Below are positions 21,501 through 36,500 of a stretch of DNA of 64,000 nt, in pieces (the stretch's first letter is position 1; each line of letters starts with the position of its first letter). The notes below the pieces were generated by a model. That model did no database searches, was not told the origin of the DNA, and saw nothing but the letters and a program-made list of their open reading frames with translations. The position numbers were made by a program, and so were the translations under genes. The DNA lies in contig OZ024757.1 of the NCBI GenBank assembly GCA_964016885.1, positions 11,346,001 to 11,410,000 of the forward strand. Direction: 5' to 3'. The stretch comes from Eledone cirrhosa (Eukaryota).

Positions 21501-24500
21501 TAGAAGTGGAGATCATGGTAGAAGAAATAACATGAATCCAGAGGTGAAAGGATTTTATCTACAGAATAGAAGAAGTGGAGATCATGGTAGAAGAAATAAC
21601 ATGAATCCAGAGGAGAGAGAATTTTATCTACCGAATAGAAAATGTGGAGATCATGGTAGAAGAAATAACATGAATCCAGAGGAGAGAGAAGTTTATCTAC
21701 AGAATAGAAGAAGTGGAGATCATGACAGAAGAAATAACTTGAATCTAGAGTTGAGAGAAGTTTATCTACAGAATAGAAGAAGCGGAGGTCAGACAGAAGA
21801 AATAACAGGAATCCACAGGAGAGAGAAGTTTATCTACAGAGTAGAAGTGGAGATCATGGTAGAAGAAATAACATGAATCCAGAGGTGAGAGAAGATTATC
21901 TACAGAATAGAGGAAGTGGAGATCATGGTAGAAGAAATAACATAAGTCCAGAGGAGAGAGAAGTTTATCTACAGAATAGAAGAAGTGAAGATCATGGTAG
22001 AAGAAATAACATGAATCCAGAGGTGAGAGAAGTTTAACTACAGAATAGAAGAAGTGGAGATCATGACAGAAGAAACAACAGGAATCCAGAGGTGAGAGAA
22101 GTGTATCTACAGAATAGAAGAAGTGGAGATCATGACAGAAGAAATAACATGAATCCAGAGGTGAGAGATTTTTATCTACAGAATAGAAGGAGTGGAGATC
22201 ATGACAGAAGAAATAACAGGAATCCACAGGAGAGAGAAGATTATCTACAGAATAGAAGTGGAGATCATGGTAGAAGAAATAACATGAATCCAGAGGTGAG
22301 AGAAGATTATCTACAGAATACAGGAAGTGGAGATCATGGTAGAAGAAATAACATGTGTCCAGAGGAGAGAGAAGATTATCTACAGAATAGAAGAAGTGGA
22401 GATCATGGTAGAAGAAATAACATGAGTCCAGAGGAGAGAGACGTTTATCTACAGAATAGAAGAAGTGAAGATCAAGGTAGAAGAAATAACATGAATCCAG
22501 ATGTGAGAGAAGCTTATCTACAGAATAGAAGTGGAGATCATGACTGAAGAAATAACATGAATCCAGAGGTGAGAGAAGTTTAACTACAGAATAGAAGAAG
22601 TGGAGTTCATGACAGAAGAAATAACATAAATCCAGAGGAGAGAGAAGTTTATCTACAGAATAGAAGAAGTGGAGGTCATGACAGAAGAAACAACAGGAAT
22701 CCAGAGGTGAGAGAAGTGTATCTACAGAATAGAAGAAGTGGAGATCATGACAGAAGAAATAACATGAATGCAGAGGTGAGAGAAGTTTATCCACAGAATA
22801 GAAGAAATGGAGATCATGACAGAAGAAATAACATGAATCCAGAGGTGAGAGAAGATTATCTACAGAATAGAAGTGGAGATCATGGTAGAAGAAATAACAT
22901 GAATCCAGAGGTGAGAGAAGATTATCAACAGAATAGAGGAAGTGGAGATCATGACAGAAGAAATAACATGAATCCAGAGGTGAGAGAAGTTTAACTACAG
23001 AATAGAAGAAGTGGAGATCATGACAGAAGAAATAACATAAATCCAGAGGAGAGAGAAGTTTATCTACAGAATAGAAGAAGTGGAGGTCATGACAGAAGAA
23101 ACAACAGGAATCCAGAGGTGAGAGAAGTGTATCTACAGAATAGAAGAAGTGGAGATCATGACAGAAGAAATAACATGAATCTAGAGGTGAGAGAAGTTTA
23201 TCTACAGAATAGAAGAAGTGGAGATCATGGTAGAAGAAATAACATGAATCCAGAGGTGAGAGAAGTTTATCTACAGAATAGAAGAAGTGGAGATCATGAC
23301 AGAAGAAATAACATGAATCCAGAGGAGAGAGAAGTTTATCTACAGAATAGAAGAAGTGGAGATCATGACAGAAGAAATAACATGAATCCAGAGGTTAGAG
23401 AAGTTTATCTGCAGAATAGAAGAAGTGGAGATCATGACAGAAGAAATAACACGAATCCAGAGGAGAGAGAAGCTTATCTACACAATAGAAGTGGAGATCA
23501 GACAGAAGAAATAACATGAATCCAGAGGAGAGAGAAGTTTATCTACAGAATAGAAGAAGTGGAGATCATGACAGAAGAAATAACTTGAATCTAGAGGTGA
23601 GAGAAGTTTATCTACAGAATAGAAGAGGCGGAGATCAGACAGAAGAAATAACAGGAATCCAGAGGAGAGAAGCTTATCTACAGAATAGAAGTGTAGATCA
23701 TGACAGAAGAAATAACATGAGTCCAGAGGAGAGAGAAGTTTATCTACAGAATAGAAGAAGTGGAGATCATAACAGAAGAAATAACATGAATCCAGAGGAG
23801 AGACAAGCTTATCTACAGAATAGAAGAAGTGGAGATCATGACAAAAGAAATAACATGAATCCAGAGGAGAGAGAAGCTTATCTACAGAATAGAAGTGGAG
23901 ATCATGGTAGAAGAAATAACATGAATCCAGAGGAGAGAGAATTTTATCTACCGAATAGAAAATGTGGAGATCATGGTAGAAGAAATAACATGAATCCAGA
24001 GGAGAGAGAATTTTATCTACAGAATAGAAGAAGTGGAGATCATGGTAGAAGAAATAACATGAATCCAGAGGAGAGAGAAGTTTATCTACAGAATAGAAGA
24101 AGTGAAGATCATGGTAGAAGAAATAACATGAATCCAGAGGTGAGAGAAGTTTAACTACAGAATAGAAGAAGTGGAGATCATGACAGAAGAAATAGCATAA
24201 ATCCAGAGGAGAGAGAAGTTTATCTACAGAATAGAAGAAGTGGAGGTCATGACAGAAGAAACAACAGGAATCCAGAGGTGAGAGAAGTGTATCTACAGAA
24301 TAGAAGAAGTGGAGATCATGACAGAAGAAATAACATGAATCTAGAGGTGAGAGAAGTTTATCTACAGAATAGAAGAAGTGGAGATCATGACAGAAGAAAT
24401 AACATGAATCCAGAGGAGAGAGAAGCTTATCTACAGAATAGAAGAAGTGAAGATCATGGTAGAAGAAATAACATGAATCCAGAGGTGAGAGAAGTTTAAC

Positions 24501-27500
24501 TACAGAATAGAAGAAGTGGAGATCATGACAGAAGAAATAGCATAAATCCAGAGGAGAGAGAAGTTTATCTACAGAATAGAAGAAGTGGAGGTCATGACAG
24601 AAGAAACAACAGGAATCCAGAGGTGAGAGAAGTGTATCTACAGAATAGAAGAAGTGGAGATCATGACAGAAGAAATAACATGAATCTAGAGGTGAGAGAA
24701 GTTTATCTACAGAATAGAAGAAGTGGAGATCATGACAGAAGAAATAACATGAATCCAGAGGAGAGAGAAGCTTATCTACAGAATAGAAGTGGAGATCATG
24801 GTAGAAGAAATAACATGAATCCAGAGGTGAAAGGATTTTATCTACAGAATAGAAGAAGTGGAGATCATGGTAGAAGAAATAACATGAATCCAGAGGAGAG
24901 AGAATTTTATCTACCGAATAGAAAATGTGGAGATCATGGTAGAAGAAATAACATGAATCCAGAGGAGAGAGAAGTTTATCTACAGAATAGAAGAAGTGGA
25001 GATCATGACAGAAGAAATAACTTGAATCTAGAGTTGAGAGAAGTTTATCTACAGAATAGAAGAAGCGGAGGTCAGACAGAAGAAATAACAGGAATCCACA
25101 GGAGAGAGAAGTTTATCTACAGAGTAGAAGTGGAGATCATGGTAGAAGAAATAACATGAATCCAGAGGTGAGAGAAGATTATCTACAGAATAGAGGAAGT
25201 GGAGATCATGGTAGAAGAAATAACATAAGTCCAGAGGAGAGAGAAGTTTATCTACAGAATAGAAGAAGTGAAGATCATGGTAGAAGAAATAACATGAATC
25301 CAGAGGTGAGAGAAGTTTAACTACAGAATAGAAGAAGTGGAGATCATGACAGAAGAAACAACAGGAATCCAGAGGTGAGAGAAGTGTATCTACAGAATAG
25401 AAGAAGTGGAGATCATGACAGAAGAAATAACATGAATCCAGAGGTGAGAGATTTTTATCTACAGAATAGAAGGAGTGGAGATCATGACAGAAGAAATAAC
25501 AGGAATCCACAGGAGAGAGAAGATCATCTACAGAATAGAAGTGGAGATCATGGTAGAAGAAATAACATGAATCCAGAGGTGAGAGAAGATTATCTACAGA
25601 ATACAGGAAGTGGAGATCATGGTAGAAGAAATAACATGAGTCCAGAGGAGAGAGAAGATTATCTACAGAATAGAAGAAGTGGAGATCATGGTAGAAGAAA
25701 TAACATGAGTCCAGAGGAGAGAGACGTTTATCTACAGAATAGAAGAAGTGAAGATCAAGGTAGAAGAAATAACATGAATCCAGATGTGAGAGAAGCTTAT
25801 CTACAGAATAGAAGTGGAGATCATGACTGAAGAAATAACATGAATCCAGAGGTGAGAGAAGTTTAACTACAGAATAGAAGAAGTGGAGTTCATGACAGAA
25901 GAAATAACATAAATCCAGAGGAGAGAGAAGTTTATCTACAGAATAGAAGAAGTGGAGGTCATGACAGAAGAAACAACAGGAATCCAGAGGTGAGAGAAGT
26001 ATATCTACAGAATAGAAGAAGTGGAGATCATGACAGAAGAAATAACATGAATGCAGAGGTGAGAGAAGTTTATCCACAGAATAGAAGAAATGGAGATCAT
26101 GACAGAAGAAATAACATGAATCCAGAGGTGAGAGAAGATTATCTACAGAATAGAAGTGGAGATCATGGTAGAAGAAATAACATGAATCCAGAGGTGAGAG
26201 AAGATTATCAACAGAATAGAGGAAGTGGAGATCATGACAGAAGAAATAACATGAATCCAGAGGTGAGAGAAGTTTAACTACAGAATAGAAGAAGTGGAGA
26301 TCATGACAGAAGAAATAACATAAATCCAGAGGAGAGAGAAGTTTATCTACAGAATAGAAGAAGTGGAGGTCATGACAGAAGAAACAACAGGAATCCAGAG
26401 GTGAGAGAAGTGTATCTACAGAATAGAAGAAGTGGAGATCATGACAGAAGAAATAACATGAATCTAGAGGTGAGAGAAGTTTATCTACAGAATAGAAGAA
26501 GTGGAGATCATGGTAGAAGAAATAACATGAATCCAGAGGTGAGAGAAGTTTATCTACAGAATAGAAGAAGTGGAGATCATGACAGAAGAAATAACATGAA
26601 TCCAGAGGAGAGAGAAGTTTATCTACAGAATAGAAGAAGTGGAGATCATGACAGAAGAAATAACATGAATCCAGAGGTTAGAGAAGTTTATCTGCAGAAT
26701 AGAAGAAGTGAAGATCATGACAGAAGAAATAACACGAATCCAGAGGAGAGAGAAGCTTATCTACACAATAGAAGTGGAGATCAGACAGAAGAAATAACAT
26801 GAATCCAGAGGAGAGAGAAGTTTATCTACAGAATAGAAGAAGTGGAGATCATGACAGAAGAAATAACTTGAATCTAGAGGTGAGAGAAGTTTATCTACAG
26901 AATAGAAGAGGCGGAGATCAGACAGAAGAAATAACAGGAATCCAGAGGAGAGAAGCTTATCTACAGAATAGAAGTGTAGATCATGACAGAAGAAATAACA
27001 TGAGTCCAGAGGAGAGAGAAGTTTATCTACAGAATAGAAGAAGTGGAGATCATAACAGAAGAAATAACATGAATCCAGAGGAGAGACAAGCTTATCTACA
27101 GAATAGAAGAAGTGGAGATCATGACAAAAGAAATAACATGAATCCAGAGGAGAGAGAAGCTTATCTACAGAATAGAAGAAGTGGAGATCATGACAGAAGA
27201 AACAACAGGAATCCAGAGGTGAGAGAAGTGTATCTACAGAATAGAAGAAGTGGAGATCATGACAGAAGAAATAACTTGAATCTAGAGTTGAGAGAAGTTT
27301 ATCTACAGAATAGAAGAAGCGGAGGTCAGACAGAAGAAATAACAGGAATCCACAGGAGAGAGAAGTTTATCTACAGAGTAGAAGTGGAGATCATGGTAGA
27401 AGAAATAACATGAATCCAGAGGTGAGAGAAGATTATCTACAGAATAGAGGAAGTGGAGATCATGGTAGAAGAAATAACATGAGTCCAGAGGAGAGAGAAG

Positions 27501-30500
27501 TTTATCTACAGAATAGAAGAAGTGAAGATCATGGTAGAAGAAATAACATGAATCCAGAGGTGAGAGAAGTTTAACTACAGAATAGAAGAAGTGGAGATCA
27601 TGACAGAAGAAACAACAGGAATCCAGAGGTGAGAGAAGTGTATCTACAGAATAGAAGAAGTGGAGATCATGACAGAAGAAACAACAGGAATCCAGAGGTG
27701 AGAGAAGTGTATCTACAGAATAGAAGAAGTGGAGATCATGACAGAAGAAATAACATGAATCCAGAGGTGAGAGATTTTTATCTACAGAATAGAAGGAGTG
27801 GAGATCATGACAGAAGAAATAACAGGAATCCACAGGAGAGAGAAGATTATCTACAGAATAGAAGTGGAGATCATGGTAGAAGAAATAACATGAATCCAGA
27901 GGTGAGAGAAGATTATCTACAGAATACAGGAAGTGGAGATCATGGTAGAAGAAATAACATGAGTCCAGAGGAGAGAGAAGATTATCTACAGAATAGAAGA
28001 AGTGGAGATCATGGTAGAAGAAATAACATGAGTCCAGAGGAGAGAGACGTTTATCTACAGAATAGAAGAAGTGAAGATCAAGGTAGAAGAAATAACATGA
28101 ATCCAGATGTGAGAGAAGCTTATCTACAGAATAGAAGTGGAGATCATGACTGAAGAAATAACATGAATCCAGAGGAGAGAGAAGTTTATCTACAGAATAG
28201 AAGAAGTGGAGGTCATGACAGAAGAAACAACAGGAATCCAGAGGTGAGAGAAGTGTATCTACAGAATAGAAGAAGTGGAGATCATGACAGAAGAAATAAC
28301 ATGAATCTAGAGGTGAGAGAAGTTTATCTACAGAATAGAAGAAGTGGAGATCATGACAGAAGAAATAACATGAATCCAGAGGAGAGAGAAGCTTATCTAC
28401 AGAATAGAAGTGGAGATCATGGTAGAAGAAATAACATGAATCCAGAGGTGAAAGGATTTTATCTACAGAATAGAAGAAGTGGAGATCATGGTAGAAGAAA
28501 TAACATGAATCCAGAGGAGAGAGAATTTTATCTACCGAATAGAAAATGTGGAGATCATGGTAGAAGAAATAACATGAATCCAGAGGAGAGAGAAGTTTAT
28601 CTACAGAATAGAAGAAGTGGAGATCATGACAGAAGAAATAACTTGAATCTAGAGTTGAGAGAAGTTTATCTACAGAATAGAAGAAGCGGAGGTCAGACAG
28701 AAGAAATAACAGGAATCCACAGGAGAGAGAAGTTTATCTACAGAGTAGAAGTGGAGATCATGGTAGAAGAAATAACATGAATCCAGAGGTGAGAGAAGAT
28801 TATCTACAGAATAGAGGAAGTGGAGATCATGGTAGAAGAAATAACATAAGTCCAGAGGAGAGAGAAGTTTATCTACAGAATAGAAGAAGTGAAGATCATG
28901 GTAGAAGAAATAACATGAATCCAGAGGTGAGAGAAGTTTAACTACAGAATAGAAGAAGTGGAGATCATGACAGAAGAAACAACAGGAATCCAGAGGTGAG
29001 AGAAGTGTATCTACAGAATAGAAGAAGTGGAGATCATGACAGAAGAAATAACATGAATCCAGAGGTGAGAGATTTTTATCTACAGAATAGAAGGAGTGGA
29101 GATCATGACAGAAGAAATAACAGGAATCCACAGGAGAGAGAAGATCATCTACAGAATAGAAGTGGAGATCATGGTAGAAGAAATAACATGAATCCAGAGG
29201 TGAGAGAAGATTATCTACAGAATACAGGAAGTGGAGATCATGGTAGAAGAAATAACATGAGTCCAGAGGAGAGAGAAGATTATCTACAGAATAGAAGAAG
29301 TGGAGATCATGGTAGAAGAAATAACATGAGTCCAGAGGAGAGAGACGTTTATCTACAGAATAGAAGAAGTGAAGATCAAGGTAGAAGAAATAACATGAAT
29401 CCAGATGTGAGAGAAGCTTATCTACAGAATAGAAGTGGAGATCATGACTGAAGAAATAACATGAATCCAGAGGTGAGAGAAGTTTAACTACAGAATAGAA
29501 GAAGTGGAGTTCATGACAGAAGAAATAACATAAATCCAGAGGAGAGAGAAGTTTATCTACAGAATAGAAGAAGTGGAGGTCATGACAGAAGAAACAACAG
29601 GAATCCAGAGGTGAGAGAAGTATATCTACAGAATAGAAGAAGTGGAGATCATGACAGAAGAAATAACATGAATGCAGAGGTGAGAGAAGTTTATCCACAG
29701 AATAGAAGAAATGGAGATCATGACAGAAGAAATAACATGAATCCAGAGGTGAGAGAAGATTATCTACAGAATAGAAGTGGAGATCATGGTAGAAGAAATA
29801 ACATGAATCCAGAGGTGAGAGAAGATTATCAACAGAATAGAGGAAGTGGAGATCATGACAGAAGAAATAACATGAATCCAGAGGTGAGAGAAGTTTAACT
29901 ACAGAATAGAAGAAGTGGAGATCATGACAGAAGAAATAACATAAATCCAGAGGAGAGAGAAGTTTATCTACAGAATAGAAGAAGTGGAGGTCATGACAGA
30001 AGAAACAACAGGAATCCAGAGGTGAGAGAAGTGTATCTACAGAATAGAAGAAGTGGAGATCATGACAGAAGAAATAACATGAATCTAGAGGTGAGAGAAG
30101 TTTATCTACAGAATAGAAGAAGTGGAGATCATGGTAGAAGAAATAACATGAATCCAGAGGTGAGAGAAGTTTATCTACAGAATAGAAGAAGTGGAGATCA
30201 TGACAGAAGAAATAACATGAATCCAGAGGAGAGAGAAGTTTATCTACAGAATAGAAGAAGTGGAGATCATGACAGAAGAAATAACATGAATCCAGAGGTT
30301 AGAGAAGTTTATCTGCAGAATAGAAGAAGTGAAGATCATGACAGAAGAAATAACACGAATCCAGAGGAGAGAGAAGCTTATCTACACAATAGAAGTGGAG
30401 ATCAGACAGAAGAAATAACATGAATCCAGAGGAGAGAGAAGTTTATCTACAGAATAGAAGAAGTGGAGATCATGACAGAAGAAATAACTTGAATCTAGAG

Positions 30501-33500
30501 GTGAGAGAAGTTTATCTACAGAATAGAAGAGGCGGAGATCAGACAGAAGAAATAACAGGAATCCAGAGGAGAGAAGCTTATCTACAGAATAGAAGTGTAG
30601 ATCATGACAGAAGAAATAACATGAGTCCAGAGGAGAGAGAAGTTTATCTACAGAATAGAAGAAGTGGAGATCATAACAGAAGAAATAACATGAATCCAGA
30701 GGAGAGACAAGCTTATCTACAGAATAGAAGAAGTGGAGATCATGACAAAAGAAATAACATGAATCCAGAGGAGAGAGAAGCTTATCTACAGAATAGAAGA
30801 AGTGGAGATCATGACAGAAGAAACAACAGGAATCCAGAGGTGAGAGAAGTGTATCTACAGAATAGAAGAAGTGGAGATCATGACAGAAGAAATAACTTGA
30901 ATCTAGAGTTGAGAGAAGTTTATCTACAGAATAGAAGAAGCGGAGGTCAGACAGAAGAAATAACAGGAATCCACAGGAGAGAGAAGTTTATCTACAGAGT
31001 AGAAGTGGAGATCATGGTAGAAGAAATAACATGAATCCAGAGGTGAGAGAAGATTATCTACAGAATAGAGGAAGTGGAGATCATGGTAGAAGAAATAACA
31101 TGAGTCCAGAGGAGAGAGAAGTTTATCTACAGAATAGAAGAAGTGAAGATCATGGTAGAAGAAATAACATGAATCCAGAGGTGAGAGAAGTTTAACTACA
31201 GAATAGAAGAAGTGGAGATCATGACAGAAGAAACAACAGGAATCCAGAGGTGAGAGAAGTGTATCTACAGAATAGAAGAAGTGGAGATCATGACAGAAGA
31301 AACAACAGGAATCCAGAGGTGAGAGAAGTGTATCTACAGAATAGAAGAAGTGGAGATCATGACAGAAGAAATAACATGAATCCAGAGGTGAGAGATTTTT
31401 ATCTACAGAATAGAAGGAGTGGAGATCATGACAGAAGAAATAACAGGAATCCACAGGAGAGAGAAGATTATCTACAGAATAGAAGTGGAGATCATGGTAG
31501 AAGAAATAACATGAATCCAGAGGTGAGAGAAGATTATCTACAGAATACAGGAAGTGGAGATCATGGTAGAAGAAATAACATGAGTCCAGAGGAGAGAGAA
31601 GATTATCTACAGAATAGAAGAAGTGGAGATCATGGTAGAAGAAATAACATGAGTCCAGAGGAGAGAGACGTTTATCTACAGAATAGAAGAAGTGAAGATC
31701 AAGGTAGAAGAAATAACATGAATCCAGATGTGAGAGAAGCTTATCTACAGAATAGAAGTGGAGATCATGACTGAAGAAATAACATGAATCCAGAGGTGAG
31801 AGAAGTTTAACTACAGAATAGAAGAAGTGGAGTTCATGACAGAAGAAATAACATAAATCCAGAGGAGAGAGAAGTTTATCTACAGAATAGAAGAAGTGGA
31901 GGTCATGACAGAAGAAACAACAGGAATCCAGAGGTGAGAGAAGTGTATCTACAGAATAGAAGAAGTGGAGATCATGACAGAAGAAATAACATGAATGCAG
32001 AGGTGAGAGAAGTTTATCTACAGAATAGAAGAAATGGAGATCATGACAGAAGAAATAACATGAATCCAGAGGTGAGAGAAGATTATCTACAGAATAGAAG
32101 TGGAGATCATGGTAGAAGAAATAACATGAATCCAGAGGTGAGAGAAGTTTAACTACAGAATAGAAGAAGTGGAGATCATGACAGAAGAAACAACAGGAAT
32201 CCAGAGGTGAGAGAAGTGTATCTACAGAATAGAAGAAATGGAGATCATGACAGAAGAAATAACATGAATCCAGATGTGAGAGAAGCTTATCTACAGAATA
32301 GAAGTGGAGATCATGACTGAAGAAATAACATGAATCCAGAGGTGAGAGAAGTTTAACTACAGAATAGAAGAAGTGGAGTTCATGACAGAAGAAATAACAT
32401 AAATCCAGAGGAGAGAGAAGTTTATCTACAGAATAGAAGAAGTGGAGGTCATGACAGAAGAAACAACAGGAATCCAGAGGTGAGAGAAGTGTATCTACAG
32501 AATAGAAGAAGTGGAGATCATGACAGAAGAAATAACATGAATGCAGAGGTGAGAGAAGTTTATCAACAGAATAGAGGAAGTGGAGATCATGACAGAAGAA
32601 ATAACATGAATCCAGAGGTGAGAGAAGTTTAACTACAGAATAGAAGAAGTGGAGATCATGACAGAAGAAATAACATAAATCCAGAGGAGAGAGAAGTTTA
32701 TCTACAGAATAGAAGAAGTGGAGGTCATGACAGAAGAAACAACAGGAATCCAGAGGTGAGAGAAGTGTATCTACAGAATAGAAGAAGTGGAGATCATGAC
32801 AGAAGAAATAACATGAATCTAGAGGTGAGAGAAGTTTATCTACAGAATAGAAGAAGTGGAGATCATGGTAGAAGAAATAACATGAATCCAGAGGTGAGAG
32901 AAGTTTATCTACAGAATAGAAGAAGTGGAGATCATGACAGAAGAAATAACATGAATCCAGAGGAGAGAGAAGTTTATCTACAGAATAGAAGAAGTGGAGA
33001 TCATGACAGAAGAAATAACATGAATCCAGAGGTTAGAGAAGTTTATCTGCAGAATAGAAGAACTGGAGATCATGACAGAAGAAATAACACGAATCCAGAG
33101 GAGAGAGAAGCTTATCTACACAATAGAAGTGGAGATCAGACAGAAGAAATAACATGAATCCAGAGGAGAGAGAAGTTTATCTACAGAATAGAAGAAGTGG
33201 AGATCATGACAGAAGAAATAACTTGAATCTAGAGGTGAGAGAAGTTTATCTACAGAATAGAAGAGGCGGAGATCAGACAGAAGAAATAACAGGAATCCAG
33301 AGGAGAGAAGCTTATCTACAGAATAGAAGTGTAGATCATGACAGAAGAAATAACATGAGTCCAGAGGAGAGAGAAGTTTATCTACAGAATAGAAGAAGTG
33401 GAGATCATAACAGAAGAAATAACATGAATCCAGAGGAGAGACAAGCTTATCTACAGAATAGAAGAAGTGGAGATCATGACAGAAGAAATAACATGAATGC

Positions 33501-36500
33501 AGAGGTGAGAGAAGTTTATCTACAGAATAGAAGAAATGGAGATCATGACAGAAGAAATAACATGAATCCAGAGGTGAGAGAAGATTATCTACAGAATAGA
33601 AGTGGAGATCATGGTAGAAGAAATAACATGAATCCAGAGGTGAGAGAAGATTATCAACAGAATAGAGGAAGTGGAGATCATGACAGAAGAAATAACATGA
33701 ATCCAGAGGTGAGAGAAGTTTAACTACAGAATAGAACAAGTGGAGATCATGACAGAAGAAATAACATAAATCCAGAGGAGAGAGAAGTTTATCTACAGAA
33801 TAGAAGAAGTGGAGGTCATGACAGAAGAAACAACAGGAATCCAGAGGTGAGAGAAGTGTATCTACAGAATAGAAGAAGTGGAGATCATGACAGAAGAAAT
33901 AACATGAATCTAGAGGTGAGAGAAGTTTATCTACAGAATAGAAGAAGTGGAGATCATGGTAGAAGAAATAACATGAATCCAGAGGTGAGAGAAGTTTATC
34001 TACAGAATAGAAGAAGTGGAGATCATGACAGAAGAAATAACATGAATCCAGAGGAGAGAGAAGTTTATCTACAGAATAGAAGAAGTGGAGATCATGACAG
34101 AAGAAATAACATGAATCCAGAGGTTAGAGAAGTTTATCTGCAGAATAGAAGAAGTGGAGATCATGACAGAAGAAATAACACGAATCCAGAGGAGAGAGAA
34201 GCTTATCTACACAATAGAAGTGGAGATCAGACAGAAGAAATAACATGAATCCAGAGGAGAGAGAAGTTTATCTACAGAATAGAAGAAGTGGAGATCATGA
34301 CAGAAGAAATAACTTGAATCTAGAGGTGAGAGAAGTTTATCTACAGAATAGAAGAGGCGGAGATCAGACAGAAGAAATAACAGGAATCCAGAGGAGAGAA
34401 GCTTATCTACAGAATAGAAGTGTAGATCATGACAGAAGAAATAACATGAGTCCAGAGGAGAGAGAAGTTTATCTACAGAATAGAAGAAGTGGAGATCATA
34501 ACAGAAGAAATAACATGAATCCAGAGGAGAGACAAGCTTATCTACAGAATAGAAGAAGTGGAGATCATGACAGAAGAAATAACATGAATGCAGAGGTGAG
34601 AGAAGTTTATCTACAGAATAGAAGAAATGGAGATCATGACAGAAGAAATAACATGAATCCAGAGGTGAGAGAAGATTATCTACAGAATAGAAGTGGAGAT
34701 CATGGTAGAAGAAATAACATGAATCCAGAGGTGAGAGAAGATTATCAACAGAATAGAGGAAGTGGAGATCATGACAGAAGAAATAACATGAATCCAGAGG
34801 TGAGAGAAGTTTAACTACAGAATAGAACAAGTGGAGATCATGACAGAAGAAATAACATAAATCCAGAGGAGAGAGAAGTTTATCTACAGAATAGAAGAAG
34901 TGGAGGTCATGACAGAAGAAACAACAGGAATCCAGAGGTGAGAGAAGTGTATCTACAGAATAGAAGAAGTGGAGATCATGACAGAAGAAATAACATGAAT
35001 CTAGAGGTGAGAGAAGTTTATCTACAGAATAGAAGAAGTGGAGATCATGGTAGAAGAAATAACATGAATCCAGAGGTGAGAGAAGTTTATCTACAGAATA
35101 GAAGAAGTGGAGATCATGACAGAAGAAATAACATGAATCCAGAGGAGAGAGAAGTTTATCTACAGAATAGAAGAAGTGGAGATCATGACAGAAGAAATAA
35201 CATGAATCCAGAGGTTAGAGAAGTTTATCTGCAGAATAGAAGAAGTGGAGATCATGACAGAAGAAATAACACGAATCCAGAGGAGAGAGAAGCTTATCTA
35301 CACAATAGAAGTGGAGATCAGACAGAAGAAATAACATGAATCCAGAGAAGAGAGAAGTTTATCTACAGAATAGAAGAAGTGGAGATCATGACAGAAGAAA
35401 TAACTTGAATCTAGAGGTGAGAGAAGTTTATCTACAGAATAGAAGAGGCGGAGATCAGACAGAAGAAATAACAGGAATCCAGAGGAGAGAAGCTTATCTA
35501 CAGAATAGAAGTGTAGATCATGACAGAAGAAATAACATGAGTCCAGAGGAGAGAGAAGTTTATCTACAGAATAGAAGAAGTGGAGATCATAACAGAAGAA
35601 ATAACATGAATCCAGAGGAGAGACAAGCTTATCTACAGAATAGAAGAAGTGGAGATCATGACAAAAGAAATAACATGAATCCAGAGGAGAGAGAAGCTTA
35701 TCTACAGAATAGAAGTGGAGATCATGGTAGAAGAAATAACATGAATCCAGAGGAGAGAGAATTTTATCTACCGAATAGAAAATGTGGAGATCATGGTAGA
35801 AGAAATAACATGAATCCAGAGGAGAGAGAATTTTATCTACAGAATAGAAGAAGTGGAGATCATGGTAGAAGAAATAACATGAATCCAGAGGTGAGAGAAG
35901 TTTATCTACAGAATAGAAGAAGTGGAGATCATGACAGAAGAAATAACTTGAATCTAGAGTTGAGAGAAATTTATCTACAGAATAGAAGAAGCGGAGGTCA
36001 GACAGAAGAAATAACAGGAATCCACAGGAGAGAGAAGTTTATCTACAGAGTAGAAGTGGAGATCATGGTAGAAGAAATAACATGAATCCAGAGGTGAGAG
36101 AAGATTATCTACAGAATAGAGGAAGTGGAGATCATGGTAGAAGAAATAACATGAGTCCAGAGGAGAGAGAAGTTTATCTACAGAATAGAAGAAGTGAAGA
36201 TCATGGTAGAAGAAATAACATGAATCCAGAGGTGAGAGAAGTTTAACTACAGAATAGAAGAAGTGGAGATCATGACAGAAGAAACAACAGGAATCCAGAG
36301 GTGAGAGAAGTGTATCTACAGAATAGAAGAAGTGGAGATCATGACAGAAGAAACAACAGGAATCCAGAGGTGAGAGAAGTGTATCTACAGAATAGAAGAA
36401 GTGGAGATCATGACAGAAGAAATAACATGAATCCAGAGGTTAGAGAAGTTTATCTGCAGAATAGAAGAACTGGAGATCATGACAGAAGAAATAACACGAA

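Noticed and set aside
23630-23700. Adjacent -1 and -2 deletions restoring frame (GDQTEEITGIQRREAY) as proof of coding selection
   Set aside because: An uncompensated -1 unit lies two monomers upstream and stop variants are amplified freely, so this does not show current selection.
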